A stretch of 64,000 bases of DNA, from positions 445,933 to 509,932 of the forward strand of contig ML996692.1 of the NCBI GenBank assembly GCA_010356995.1, written 5' to 3'. Each line of letters starts with the position of its first letter. Position 1 is the stretch's first letter. The position numbers were made by a program, and so were the translations under genes. Source of the DNA: Trichodelitschia bisporula (taxonomy: Eukaryota). Shown here in pieces: positions 1 to 12,899 of this stretch. The notes below the pieces were generated by a model. It made no database searches. It was not told the DNA's origin and saw only the letters and a program-made list of their open reading frames with translations.

Positions 1-442
<442 letters not shown>

Positions 443-1758
443 AGTCGGAGCCGACGACGGATCTTGCGGGAGGTGTCGGAGGAGGGTAGCAACGGATGAT
501 GGCAGTTAGTTTCGATAGCGGAGTGCAGCATGATAATCCGGGGGCTTTCTTCCTCTCCTTCACCTGCTTTCGAGCGTTCTATCTAGACAGGAGGGGTACG
601 ATAAGATATTCCAATGAACAGATCAACGCGTGAGAGCTATAAGCGGTAGCAACGAAAAGCAAGTGTCGATGATTGAGCTGCTTATGGCAGAGGGTTCGCC
701 TCGACAGCTCCGTCGATGAGGCTATTGTGAGAGGCTGTGACGGGCGCGTGCGCGTCTGCTGCGGCACGTACGTGAATGGCAGCATATCTGCACCTTTACA
801 TCTCTTCACCTTTTACAGTGTGCGTCGTGAACTAGTCAGGCACAGGCCGACTTCAGGTCCGGGGGTCTGGTACTGGCAAGGCTGCTTATGCTGTGTGCGC
901 AGCAGGCTGTGCATGTCGCCTAGATGGAGCTTACCTGCGGCCAATGATGGGAAGCAAAAGAGGGTAAGAAGGGGGTCTGGTGATTTGATGATTTGATAAT
1001 GAGGCTGGTGAGCGAGTTGACGGACGACATGCCTTCGCGGCCCATGATATCTCAGATTCCTGATGGCGTTGTTGAAGGTAAGCAATTCGGTGCAGATGTT
1101 TTTGTTTTCTGCTTACTGTATCCGTATCTACGCCTTCAGCTACGCCCTTTGATGGCAACTGTTCAGGACGGCGGGCAACGGCACAGCGTGGCAGTCCAGA
1201 CGGGATGCCGTAAGCCGGGACGCGCCTATGTCGACGGTTTCGTAGGCCGAACAACAGCCGCATTTGTTCTCGCCGGGATGATGCTTCTGGCTCCCAATTC
1301 GCCTTGCCGGTGTCACTCTTCTGGACTACAGTATGAGCGTCCCTTCAGAAGCCGCATCGCGCATGAATAAGCCCGATAGCCGATCAGCAAGTGCTCTTCC
1401 CGATAGCAAGACATGGCAAAAAGCAGTGCAAGCATGGCAATCCGCCTTTCCACGAACCGGGATGTCGGGCATCATCTTAGTCGCTGAGAGGGAAGGCCAG
1501 TCAAGTGGCCTGGGCCTTTTGACAAGTTTCCCCAGCAGAGCGAAAAAGCTAGGAGCAGAGCAGGGGCGAGAACTGACATGTTCCGCAGCGTCATATCAAA
1601 GCCACCGAGAACGAGATGCGACCGGGGTTTTGTCGCATTCTGCAGATATTGCACGCGTCTGCGCCCATGCTGTACTATGTATTATGTATGTCAACATCCT
1701 CAAAAAGCCATAGTTATCAAGGTGGTCTACCAGTTGGCTAGACCAGACGGCCTTCACA

Positions 1759-1807
1759 CTTGTCGCTTGTCGCTTGTCGCTTGTCGCTTGAAGCTTGACG
1801 CTTGACG
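1759..1807. repeat. Heptamer tandem repeat, 7 units: (CTTGTCG)4 CTTGAAG (CTTGACG)2
   Basis: Read directly from the sequence, upstream of the Zn2Cys6 gene. Confidence 0.9.
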
Positions 1808-2428
1808 CTCTTGTCACTTCCTCTCCGCCCTCCCCCAGGTCCACCTCTTCCCCTCATCTTCTCTCCACGCCGATAATCGCGGGGAGCTTTCCGAAGCTAG
1901 CACTTGTACCGTACTGGCGCAACACGTTCCAGCGAGTGGCTCGTCCTCGATTCCAACGGCAATCCCTCTCCTCCCCCCCCCCCTTCTTCCTCCCCACGAA
2001 ACTTCATCTCATCACTTTGCCCCCCCGCCCCCCGGCATCCCACCCTTCCTCTTCTTTCCCTCCCCGCGAACTCGAAGCTCCCTTGGCTCCCAAGATAAAA
2101 AGCTTGTAGCAGCCACTGGCAGAGGTCTTGCTATTATTCCCACCACACGCCGCGCTTCATCACTTCTTGAACACTGCACAGGGCTTATATCCCGTACATT
2201 TTCAGCCTTTCTGATACGATACTACCTTTTTTATTTCTCCCTTAATTTGTAGTCACAATTTGGTACCTCATCGCCGGCTTGCTTGATGGGGGTCGGTTTG
2301 CCGAGGGCCTTGTTGGTGATGCCCTGAAGCTTGCTGCTTAGACCGAACAGAATTACCTGCTTGTTGCTTGCTGCAACAGCACCCCCAACCCAGGCAGACG
2401 ACAGCCGCTTCTCCTCGCGACATTAGAC

Positions 2429-4836
2429 ATGTCTGTCGAGCTAATACCCAACGCTGCGAGAAGCAGCAGCGCTAGTCAGCAAAGCCTGGGTGGCAGCGGT
2501 GAAGATGGTGGTGGACGTGCTCCCTCCCTTCGAGCATCGGTCGGCAGCGACTACGACACCGGGTTTGGGCCGAGAAAGAAGCAGAAGCGGAACAAGCCAA
2601 CGCTGAGCTGCGAAGAGTGCGTCGAGCGGAAGACGAAGGTAGGCTATGTTTTTATTTTATTTTTCAATTGAATCCATGCGCAGTTCGAATGCTAATTCCA
2701 TTCCCGAATGTAGTGTGACCGTGCGAGGCCGGCTTGCCTTGCCTGCGTTAAGCGGCAGTGTGAATGTCGATACTCGGAGATCGCGAACATCATTGCGGCT
2801 GCAAAGTACGTCAACCCTTTTATTGCTTACGCAAGCTCTGTCTGTCTTCATCCGAACTTCGGCTTCTACCTGTGCTAACGGCTCCACGCATTATTAGCAA
2901 TGGCTCGGGGCGGTCCAAGTCGCGCCGACAGTCCAGCAAGCCGTCGGTGTCTAGCTCCGCTGCTAGACCTGGTTCTCCGGGCGTAAGTTCGTTTTTTAGC
3001 CCTTACTTTTATGTCACCATCGGAATCCCGATGGCACTGCCCCAATTGTCCTTCCAGTCCTTCCGCATAAGCCCTCCGCAGTTTCCCAGTTTCCTCCGTC
3101 TTATGTCAAATACCTATTTACGTGCTCAGCCACATATCATCATCATCACTTCTCTAACCACCCCCCCTCTCGCCCCAGTTTCCCAGCCCGGCTGCTTCGT
3201 ACAACAGGAGCGCTTCGGCCAGCTCTTCGACCTCGTCGCCCTTCCTACTCTCCAATGTCCCGCACTCCCGCCAGGTCAACACCATGTTCAGCAGCGCGCA
3301 CACCCACCCCTTTGCCAACTACTGGACCGCCACGGGCGGCATCCCGGAGGTGGTCGGCGTGCTGCCGAGCCGGGACCAGGCCGACGCGCTGATGGTCAAG
3401 TACTTCGAGAGCGTCGACCCCGTTTACCCCCTGGTGCACCGCACGCGCTTCTACGCCGAGTACAACCACTTCTGGGCCCAGCCGCTGGCCGAGCGCAACA
3501 AGGCCGATGCCGCCATGCTCGCCCTCCATTTCGCAATGTACGCCATGGGCGCCCAGTTCATCGAGATGGAGAGTGAGGAGCAGCGCGCCCAGATCGCCGA
3601 GTTTTACATCTCCGCCGCCCATCAATCCCTCCGCCTTTACCCGTTCCTGAGCCGTACCTCGCTGCGCAGCATCCAGGCCATGTTGCTCATGGGCTACTTC
3701 CTGATGAACGACAACCGCGCCACGGACGCCTGGGCCTTCGGCGGCATCCTCATCCGACAAGCCTACGCCATGGGCCTAAACCGTGACCCGGACATCATCG
3801 CGCCCGGCGCCTCGGACTTCGAAAAGCAGCAGCGCCGCAAAGTCTGGCAAGCCGTGTACTTCCAAGACACCTTCCTCACCGTCCTCCTCAAGCTCCCACC
3901 CACAGCCACCTTCTCCGACGTGCGCGTCGAGTCCCTAACCGAAGACCCCCCCGACCCCTCCGCCCTCCGCACCCCCTCCTCCCCCCCTCCCCTCCCCAAA
4001 CCCCTCCAATCCACAGTCATAAACCCAATGAGCATCAAATCCATAGCCCCGCCCTCGCCCTTCATCGACCCTTACATAGTCCCCCCCACCGGCCCCTCCG
4101 CAGCCGAGCACGACCTCGCCTTCATCCGTTCCATGTGGCGCCTCGCCGACCTCGTCAGCGAATCAATCTGCAAGCCCCGCGCCCTGTCCCAGCCGCTCTT
4201 CTCCTCGTCCCGCGAAAAATCGGTCCTGCTGCAGCGCTTCCGCGCGCTGTATGCTTCGCTGCCCCCCGCGCTGACCACCTCCGACCGCACTGCTTTCGCG
4301 GGACTGGTTAGGCGTGACGCGCGCCGCGCGCGGCAGAGCTTGTTCCTAAGGAGTAATTACTGGCACTGCGTGATGCTGGCCGCGGCGGATGAGGATGCGG
4401 CGCGGGGCGTCGGGTGCCATGTCCGGGGGGTGCTGGAGGCGGGCGTCACGGCCCTAGAGGCGTTTTTCGAGTTTTGGGAGTTTTTGAGGGTGGATGCGGG
4501 GGTGTGGTGGGTGTTTCAGCACAGGGCGTTTGAGGAGGCGGTAAGTCTGCCCCCCTTATTTTTTTTCTCGTGTTGGTTTTGGGCACGGCTGATGGGGAGC
4601 AGCTTATGGTCGCGAATGTCCTGGCCGCGCGCTTGCCGGTCGAACCCCCCGGTCCGGAGATCAGCGGCACGGGCAGCCCGCTTACGCATCTGGGGAGGGG
4701 CGAGTTGGAAGGGCGGGCCAAGGCAGCGGCGGCGCAGATGCTGGCTATACTGGATCATGTGGGGGGTGCGGCGCCGGAGATGCAGAAGACGAGGACGGAG
4801 GTTTTGAGGGGGGTTTTTGGGAAGATTGGGAGGTGA
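2429..4836 (+). CDS. Zn(II)2Cys6 transcription factor with a fungal-specific middle homology domain; exons 2429-2638, 2714-2805, 2898-2982, 3179-4540, 4603-4836
   Basis: The spliced zinc cluster reads SCEECVERKTK|CDRARPACLACVKRQCECRY; middle-domain motifs YFESVDPVYPLVH and AYAMGLNRDP...RRKVWQAVYFQD; all four introns are canonical and keep frame. Confidence 0.93.
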
Positions 4837-5595
4837 TGGTGGGGGTGGGTGGGGTGGTTTAGGTGGAGGGGGTTGGATGGGGAGGGGAGGTGTGCTGCGT
4901 ACAGCGGGCGTCGGTGGTGCGGTTTGAGCGCGGGTTGGCTAGATGCCTGGCGTAAATACGGGGGGTTCTAGTGTACAGTCTTATGATGGAGCAGAGCTCA
5001 TTTACGTGCGAAGGCAAACTGTAATACTGAAGATTGAAGATTGAAGACAAAGAGAGGAAGAGAGGCATACACTCTCGAGACTTAAATACACGATGCACAG
5101 TATCCTCCTTTGCTTCCTTCCTTCTATCATGCTCACATTTGCATCATGTCCCTCAGCACGTTCCCTTCCTGATATAACAATGCTCCTTCCATGTCCACAA
5201 TCCTGGACCCGTGGTATGCGTGCGCGCCACGCGGGCTGCCATGCTTCATCGGCCGAGGGCACGAGGGAAGCGCGGCCAGCCTCGCGCTCAGCCTCGCCAT
5301 TACCCGGAGGCTGGCAATCGCATATCAGGCCCGCTCGCACATGCACATGCAGCAGTACATGCAACTAGTTCAAAGAAGAGTGACAATCTCATTAACCCGA
5401 CCAGCAAGCAGTCGTCTCCAGAGCCATCATCGCTCGTCGCAAATTCATATCCAGCGCCCAAGCGCATCAGCGCCTTTACTAACCCCAACCCCCGCCCGTG
5501 AAAGCTCCGTCTAACCCAAAAACGCCCAAACCCAGAAAGCAATATCCCCCGCCAAAGCCAAAGCTCCATCCATCACGTATACAAACAAGCTCGCG

Positions 5596-7461
5596 CTAGC
5601 CGAATCTCCCTCCCCCGCCCGCACCACCGCCACCCACCCCCGCACCCCGATACTCCACCATCCCACTCCATATATTCCGCTCAAACCCATCCTTCGCCTG
5701 CTCCGCCCCCTCACTAAAAGGCCTCGGCCCCACAAACCCCCCCTCACCAGCACCCCCATCAACCCGCCCCTCCACCTCCGCCTCCGCGCCCACACTCCCC
5801 CTCTGCCTCGGGCGCTCCTCCCTCCCCACCCCCTCCCCCGGCTTATACGCACTAAACCTCGGCTCAGGAACTTGAATATCATTCCTCAAACGCTCCTTCC
5901 CATCCGGCACGCGATTAGCAAACACAACCCTCACACTCTTATACAAATACACCCTGCCCCGGGCGGGACTACAAATCTGCAAATGAACCAGGTATCGCAA
6001 AACCGGCCTCTCGTCGCCAGGCACTCGCGCCGCAGCCTCACCCAGCGGCGCCTCTACCGCCGGCCCCGCGGAAAAAATGCGCTGCCGGACGAAGGTCTTG
6101 GTGCCGGCGGGCATGTCGCTGACGTCATAGGGCACGAGGAACAGCTTCACGGCCGTGTTGCTCGGGTTCTTGATTACGATCTGCAGCTGGCCCTGGGGGG
6201 GGATGCGGTAACTCCCGCCGGGGGCGACGCCACGCCTTCGCGGCGACGCGGGGTGCGGAGATCCAGGGCCGGCGGCGGAGGTGGACATGCTGCTCGCGCC
6301 CTCGAGATCGATGACCCCGACGTACGGACTAGGCTGGTCGCTGATACCCGGATAACTGTAAAAAACAGCGGGAAACGGGACAGTGACGTGCGGCGGACAG
6401 CGCAAACTGGGACGGCACTTCCCGCGGGCGAGCACGCCGATCTGCGCTAGGAAATTGAGCGGGCGAGAGGGGATAGTCGACATGCGTCCGCGCAGAATAG
6501 ATTCTTCATACGATCCGACCAGCGGCGCGTGGTGCAGTGGCGAATGATCTAGCGAAGCCGAAGGCCGGCGGGGCCGCGGCGGCGTGGTCGCAGGGAAGGA
6601 GAGCGGGCCCGGATGGCGCCAGGACGCGAACGCCGCGGGCGAGAAAGTGTGCCGCCGGTTCTCCTTGTCCGGGGCGCGGCGCCCGGGGTTTTCGCGGTCG
6701 GAATCGCTGCTTACGGTCTGGGCGAGCGGGCTGGTGGGCGGGACGAAGGCGACGGAGGAGTAGGAGAAGGAGTGGCTGAGGGCGCGGGCGCGCGGGAGGG
6801 AGCTACGGGGACGCGGGGTGTGGCGGAAGGAGGCGTCGGGGTGCCATGGGACGATGGGGGAGGTCGGGCGGGCGGTGGATGGGCGGGTATCCGGGGCGGG
6901 TGGGCCGGCATCTTCTTGCCCGCGCGGCGAGTGGCGGAAGTCGCCGGAGTGCAGCGCCGAAGGGGGGCGTTCGATCGCCAGGCCTATGACGAGGTTGCCG
7001 TCTTGCTCCGGGTCGGCGCTGCCGGTGCGCTCCGGGAGGTCGTCGCGGGTGCGCGAGACGATTCTCCGCAGCTCCAGCGCGGGGAGCAAGGCGGCTGCGG
7101 GCTTGGGGCTTGTCGTCGGGCTGAGGCCGGGCCGCGGGCTTTGGCGGGGAGTGATACTGGTGTGGCCGTCCCGGGCTGGGCTGGTGCGGCTGCGGTTCTG
7201 GCAGTGGCAAAAGGTCCAGGTGGGGCTTTCGCCGCGCTTGATGCGGGAGATTATCTCGCCGCGGCTGAGAGGGCGGCTGGGAGCAACGTCATGGCGGGTG
7301 GCGGAGGGGAAATCGGAGGGAAAAGAGTCCATTGCGCTGGGGGAATGCTTGTCGGAACGCATTCTGGAGTGATCGCAGCAGGTGTGAGGGTCGTGAGGGG
7401 AGGTGGGGGAATGGGAGCTGGCGGAGGAGGTGGACTGCTGGTGTTCATGAAAGATTGGCAT
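5596..7461 (-). CDS. Atos/FAM214-like protein (DUF4210 plus Chromosome_seg C-terminal domain), 621 aa
   Basis: Motifs LVGSYEESILRGRMST, FLAQIGV, CPPHVTVPFPAVFY, PSPYVG, YRIPPQGQLQIVIKNPSNTAVKLFLVPYDVSDMPAGTKTFVRQR and LRYLVHL. Confidence 0.88.
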   Translation of the reverse strand: MPIFHEHQQSTSSASSHSPTSPHDPHTCCDHSRMRSDKHSPSAMDSFPSDFPSATRHDVAPSRPLSRGEIISRIKRGESPTWTFCHCQNRSRTSPARDGHTSITPRQSPRPGLSPTTSPKPAAALLPALELRRIVSRTRDDLPERTGSADPEQDGNLVIGLAIERPPSALHSGDFRHSPRGQEDAGPPAPDTRPSTARPTSPIVPWHPDASFRHTPRPRSSLPRARALSHSFSYSSVAFVPPTSPLAQTVSSDSDRENPGRRAPDKENRRHTFSPAAFASWRHPGPLSFPATTPPRPRRPSASLDHSPLHHAPLVGSYEESILRGRMSTIPSRPLNFLAQIGVLARGKCRPSLRCPPHVTVPFPAVFYSYPGISDQPSPYVGVIDLEGASSMSTSAAGPGSPHPASPRRRGVAPGGSYRIPPQGQLQIVIKNPSNTAVKLFLVPYDVSDMPAGTKTFVRQRIFSAGPAVEAPLGEAAARVPGDERPVLRYLVHLQICSPARGRVYLYKSVRVVFANRVPDGKERLRNDIQVPEPRFSAYKPGEGVGREERPRQRGSVGAEAEVEGRVDGGAGEGGFVGPRPFSEGAEQAKDGFERNIWSGMVEYRGAGVGGGGAGGGGRFG

Positions 7462-7720
7462 GGTGGATGGTAGCGGACATGCTCTTTTTCTCCTCGGCGA
7501 TCGACGTACGAGTTGAGCAAAGGAAGGGCTTCAAGTAGGTGTCATGTACGGCAGCGTAGTGCGTAGTGTGGTATAAAGGTCGATTGCAGGTGTGGGCGGT
7601 GTGGTGGTGAGCTGGCAATGTAGTCGTGGAAGTCGTGTGAGGTGCCGGCTCTTTGGCGGAGTTAGGCGGCTTGCTGGGTGATTTTGACTGGGGGCTTGAA
7701 GTTGGGGGCAGCGGATGACT

Positions 7721-7756
7721 GGGGGGGGGGGGGGGGGGGGGTGGGTGGGTGGTGGT
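7721..7756. repeat. G21 homopolymer followed by TGGG/TGG repeats
   Basis: Read directly; about 260 bp upstream of the Atos-like start codon. Confidence 0.9.
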
Positions 7757-8058
7757 CGAACAGGTGGAGCACTGGAGCGGCTGGCTGCGAGGCTAGCGGG
7801 TAGGTGGCGTACTGTACGGTACTTGCACTGTAGTGGATGGAAAGAGGAAGAAGTGGGGGAAAGGTTGAAGCAATTAGATCCGTACGCAGATAAATTGAAG
7901 CGAGAAGACTACGTGTGAGGCTCTGTGGAGAGAGGCAGAGTTGAAAGCAAGCAAGAGATGGTCAGAGATACACTAGAGAGAGAAAGCAAAGAGAGAGACT
8001 ACGGAGTAGAAGGAGAAGGAGAGTAGACGTTTGGAAAGAGAGGACAAGTGAAGAGTCA

Positions 8059-8074
8059 AGTGTGTGTGTGTGTG
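8059..8074. repeat. (TG)n microsatellite
   Basis: Read directly. Confidence 0.8.
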
Positions 8075-8352
8075 TCAAAGGAGGGACGTGTTGAGGTCAC
8101 GGTAGGCGGAGAAATGCATGCAGCCGAATGACGAATGACGAATGACGACTGACGCTCAGAGAAAGTTGGGGAGTGACGACGGAAGGACAGTCTGAGAGTG
8201 ACGAGTGACCTGGCCAACAAGTGGCTTGCAGAAGCTGGGGTCGGTACGATAACCTTACGGCAGCGAATACAGAGATGGCGTGTGCGAGCAGATGACGACA
8301 AAGAGACCTTCGTTTCGGGTGCCTGTGCTTCGATACCTTGATACTGGTGCCT

Positions 8353-8520
8353 TGATGCTGGTGCTGATGCTGGTGCTGATGCTGGTGCTGATGCTGGTGC
8401 CGGTGCTGGTGCTGGTGCTGGTACTGGTGCTGATGCTGGTGCTGGTGTTGATGCTGATGCTGGTGCTGGTACTGGTGCTGATGCTGGTGCTGGTGCTGGT
8501 GCTGGTGTTGATGCTGATGC
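8353..8520. repeat. Degenerate hexamer tandem repeat TG(A/G)TGC, about 28 units
   Basis: Read directly; it explains the spurious poly-(LV/LM) and poly-(ST/SI) ORFs in the track. Confidence 0.92.
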
Positions 8521-9504
8521 TTATCATTGACGATATTCGCTAATACCCTTTGCCCATCTCGCAGTGACGATCGACGGAACTACCCGATAACCGTACTTCT
8601 CCGCGTCAACCGTCAAACTCTCTTGAAAGAGATCTACACTCATCATGACAAGAGTAGCCGCGGCTTTCCATCTGTCTACACCACCGCTCACGTGTTTGAG
8701 TCCTTTTCCGCCCTTGGATCACGTCCGTGGGTCCCAATCTCATTCACTTCGTTCAGAGTGAAACCATAGCTCGTAATACTCGTAGCTGTCGTCACGGTTT
8801 TAATAAGACTTTCCGACAGCTGTGTTGAGTGTCTGTCACGGCGCAGCAGAAAAAAGGGAACATAGTAGAGCGCCTAATAGCTGAAGACTTACGCAGTAAT
8901 GTCGTGCTGTACCTCCACGGTGATACCTCCGCTGTCGGCCTAACTGGGGGTGCTGTAGATTCACTCGCTGCATTCAAATCTGTCGTACCCGAGGAACTGC
9001 GCAAGTCATCCCGCGTACTGCGACGCCACCCTCAACCCAGTCGCAGAGAGCGAGCGAATGGTGTGGCAAAGGACAGGCCAAAAAAAAGGCTCATTCAGCA
9101 TCATCTGACAGCCTACCCAGGCTCCAAAGCAGACGGGACGACGCAATTAATGCTGCTTGAAGGCGATGACCAGCGGTCTTCATCTGGCAATACGATGCGC
9201 TGCATGAAAAGGGCCAGACAGGGGAGCGCAGAAAGAAAACTGCAGGTACGGCTCTGAATACGAAAACATACAGCTATTGGTGTCTTGAAGCCTTGGAATT
9301 CTTTGATTCAAGTGTTGCAACCAAGTGAAGTCGGTGAGGCTGTGAAGCCCTGGCGTGCAAAGAAAACGGCGCCCCGCTTAAGGTTGCTCGTGACTTCGCG
9401 CCGCGTGCCAACCGAACCGAAGCAAGCCCTGGCCCTGGTGCCAAAATTTGTGCCATCACTGTCAACTCTACTCCCCGCAACCCAACCTACCCATCAACCC
9501 CACC

Positions 9505-10235
9505 ATGGCACCCACAACCAAGGCCCCACGGCCTCTCAAGAAGAAGTCTCGCTTTACCGTCGGACCGGCGAACCTCCCCGATGGCACCCACCGCAGAAAA
9601 GGTATGACCTCCGCCTTTCTCCCACCGAGTGCGCCGGACTAACGCGCTCCGCAGTCATCAAGATCAAGCAGAACCTGATCAAGAAGGCCAAGTTGAAGAA
9701 GCAGTTTGCAAAGGTCAAGGCTGCGCATGGTCTCGACACCCCTAAGCCGGCTGAGCCCGCGGAAGCCGCTGAACCTGCCCCTCCCTCAGACGACGAGCAT
9801 TCAAGCTCCGAATCAGAATCAGAATCTGAAGCCGAAGCCGAACCCGAAGCCGAACCCGAAGTCGAAGCCAAAGCGTCCCCTCCTCCCGCCAAACGTGCCG
9901 CCTCTCCTAAACCCACCGCACCTCCGCAAGACGAGCCCGCCCGCAGCGCCTCCCCCGACAAGAACATCCATCCCTCCCGCCGCGCCAACCACCGCCCCAA
10001 AACGAACCCCTACGACAAAGCGGCCTCCAAGGCGCAGCGCGAGCGTGAAGCAGCCGAGCAGCGTCGGGCACAGTGGGAGGAGGCGGAGCAACGGCGACAG
10101 CATAAACTCGAGCAGCGGGCTAAGATCCACAAAATGACGGTCAAGGCGAAGAAGCCGGGGCGGGACGGGAGGCCGAGGTTGGGACGCGAGGCACCGGTGT
10201 TGCTGGAGAGGATTAAGATGGTTATGGAGAGATGA
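9505..10235 (+). CDS. FYV7-like rRNA-processing protein; intron 9602-9654
   Basis: Spliced MAPTTKAPRPLKKKSRFTVGPANLPDGTHRRK|VIKIKQNLIKKAKLKKQFAK; basic N-terminus, acidic Pro-rich middle, coiled-coil C-terminus ending GRPRLGREAPVLLERIK. Family assigned from recalled motifs. Confidence 0.72.
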
Positions 10236-12147
10236 AGGGGAGGGGTTGGATAACGGACTATGGATCAGGTACTGGGATGGAGAAATGAAGTGGGTGTCGG
10301 CGAACAGAGAGCGGATCGAGGTCCTGGGATAGAAAAGCGTCAAGGAGGAGACGCGGGGGACACTGCACGCTCGAACAAAAGGTGGCAGACATCACCAATT
10401 GGCATTGGGAGCACGGAGCATCGATGTGGGGCCTCGAGTCAGGACACCAACGTGGGAGAGATTCCACGCTTGGTCAACGGAAGAATTTTAGACGGCCTAG
10501 GCGCCTAGAAAAGGTATGAAGCAGCGCACAGTACAAATATCATAAGAGTTGGGCCGCCATCTGAGCTGGCCTGTCCAGATATGGCTACCTTCAACTTCCG
10601 GAGTACGGATTGGGGAAGTAACCTAGCCCAATAGGTTCGGCGGCAGGGAGCACATTCACAACTGTCAGCTCAGCCTTCATCGCATGTGGCTTAGGATGTA
10701 TCTTTTGATGTGATCCGGAACAAGCTCCAGCCTAATTCAGCTTCAAGTCACTACTTCAAGGCCTAATCTAGCGAATTCGTCAATGTCCCTCGATCCTACT
10801 CCCGCACGACTGCTATCCATTCTTTGGCTTGGCCCTCGGTAGGCGTCCTGCAAGGTGAATTGCCTTAGCGGTTTTTCATTCGAAGGAGTTCAAACGCCTG
10901 ACGGTGGACGTAGTGTACGCCCAGCCTAGCGCTCAAGTATCACGGTGGGAGAAAGCCGCCAAATCGCGTGGGCGCTTGGGTTTCGATGCTGGGCGCCCCC
11001 CACTCTCTCCCCCGCCCCCTCCCCCCCGGTGCTCCACCCCCGCGCTGCAAGTGCATCGTTAGCTTTGTGGCCATAGCTTCGCCGCCCCATGTTGTGTTGA
11101 GCTGCAGAAATTACACACACACACAGCACACGCGATCCCGCACACACGAAATCTAAGATACCATCCGCGATGGAAATGCATTAACGTTGCAAGCGAACGC
11201 AGTCAGCCCAAGGAGCCAAGGGGGCCTCTCCCGCTCAGAGTGTGGGATGTGATCCGTCCCGACATCGGAGTTGGCATGGGACAGGGCGTAGCTTGCTCGT
11301 CGGAGCCCTCCGTGAAGCTCTCTGTTAATTCGCAGCACCCCGCTGTCTTGCGCTCTCTTTGAATTGAGCCAAAAAGAAGAAAAGCAAAGGCATTGGTGCT
11401 CGCAACGTTCCGTCGTGCTTGGACCAGCAAATCGACTGGCGCCCGCGATCCCGCCGACGCCCAGAGGGCGGTCCGCCACGGGAGATAACGACGGCTTAAT
11501 CTGACCACACACGCCAGGCTCCCTTCTTTCTCTCCGACAACGGCCCTTCTTGCACGCGACTCTTTCCGCTGTCCGTACGTACTCCTCTTATGTCCCTATC
11601 CGCGCACGGGAAGTGGAAGCCGCTATCTTTTGTTCAAGCCCAAGGTGTGACTCTGGGACCTAAGAGTCAAGTCCATGCTAAGGTGGGGAGGCCTTCGGGG
11701 ATGGGACGCATTCACCCCACCACTTCGGCTATGGAACCGACTGTTATGGGTGTGCCCTTGAGATACGGGAGATCACGACGCGTGAATTGGCCACTATCTT
11801 GGTGATTCAAACTGCACGAATCCCTGCCGCAATCTTTCCCGCATGCATCGAAGCTCTGTGACACGCTACCCCACTTGGAGCAAGCTGTTGCGCACAGCGA
11901 CCTTCTCGCGGGGCAATCTCCCCTCTGAATCTTGGCCGCAAACCTCCCACCCAACCAACATGGCGGGTTCAGCCCCATCTCGAAAGGGTCTCTCCAAAAG
12001 CTCAGCTGCATGCAGCAGATGCCGGCTGCAACAGCTCACTGTTGGTTCGGAACACGCCTATCGCCCATGGAAGGGTCTCGGCCCGTCTGCTCGATGTTTG
12101 CTGCGTGGGAAGCATGAGTCCTGGACCCGTCGATGGTTGTGAATGCT

Positions 12148-12813
12148 GATAAGGCTTCATCCGGGGAGAGCCAACCACGCCCGAGATCGACTGGATCTCT
12201 ACCAACCCAAGACGACGATGTGGTTCAGTCCTGATGCGGGAATCGACCTCATCCTTGTCCATGTAGTGGCGGGTCGTGGCATCGAGGACAAAGTGAGTGA
12301 GGGAAATGGGTGCTATCAATTCCCATGGCTGGATGTAGCCTCGACGTCGAAATTGACTGCTTACGGCAGGCCGGCGCAGGACCATGCCCGCAGTCCCATT
12401 GGCTCACGCCGCAAGGCTTGACTAAGGGTTTGCGTTCATCTTATCGCCACTGCATTTGACACGCCCACCCTGGCATCTGCTACTCGTCTCTTATCGCTGG
12501 TACCTGTTCTACCGCGACCATCTCCGTAGTCTGGAACTCGCCGGCGCGCTGATCATGACTCCATTCCGCCAGTCCTCCCCACGTTCCCGTCCCAATTCCC
12601 CGCCTCCACGCGCTTTTGGCTGGCCGATGCCAGGGCGTCGATCTTGAACCGCTCTCAGGGCTCGTCTAGAACTAGCCATTGCTTTTGATAGCTTGTGCGT
12701 TGCGGCAATGCGGCCTTCAGGCCGTCCAGTAGTTGGCGCGATGGGGATTCTCGGCATGGCGCGTCCAGCCTCGTGGTGGTGGGGAAAAAATGTCCTCAGC
12801 TGTCTCTTATATA
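12148..12813 (+). promoter_or_regulatory. DUR3 promoter with HGATAR (AreA/Nit2-type) sites and a TATA-like box
   Basis: GATAAG 12148-12153, CTTATC 12440-12445, CTTATC 12490-12495, TGATAG 12686-12691 and TATATA 12808-12813, all upstream of ATG 12900. Urea transporters are known nitrogen-repression targets. Confidence 0.55.
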
Positions 12814-12899
12814 TTCAGCCGGGCTCTGCTGTCTTCCCCCCGACCCCCTAGCACCATCTCTACAGCCGCTGGACATACCGCGACCGCGCAGCTGGAACA

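Noticed and set aside
2194..2350. Possible 5'UTR introns of the Zn2Cys6 gene (GTACAT..TAG 2194-2252 and about 2263-2350)
   Set aside because: Weak donor and branch sites and no reading frame to test them; needs RNA data.
8255..8543. Poly-ST/SI and poly-LV/LM ORFs
   Set aside because: By-products of the hexamer repeat; no other coding evidence.
10500..12450. Short ORFs in the long FYV7-DUR3 gap
   Set aside because: No recognisable motif, codon bias or consistent splice structure.
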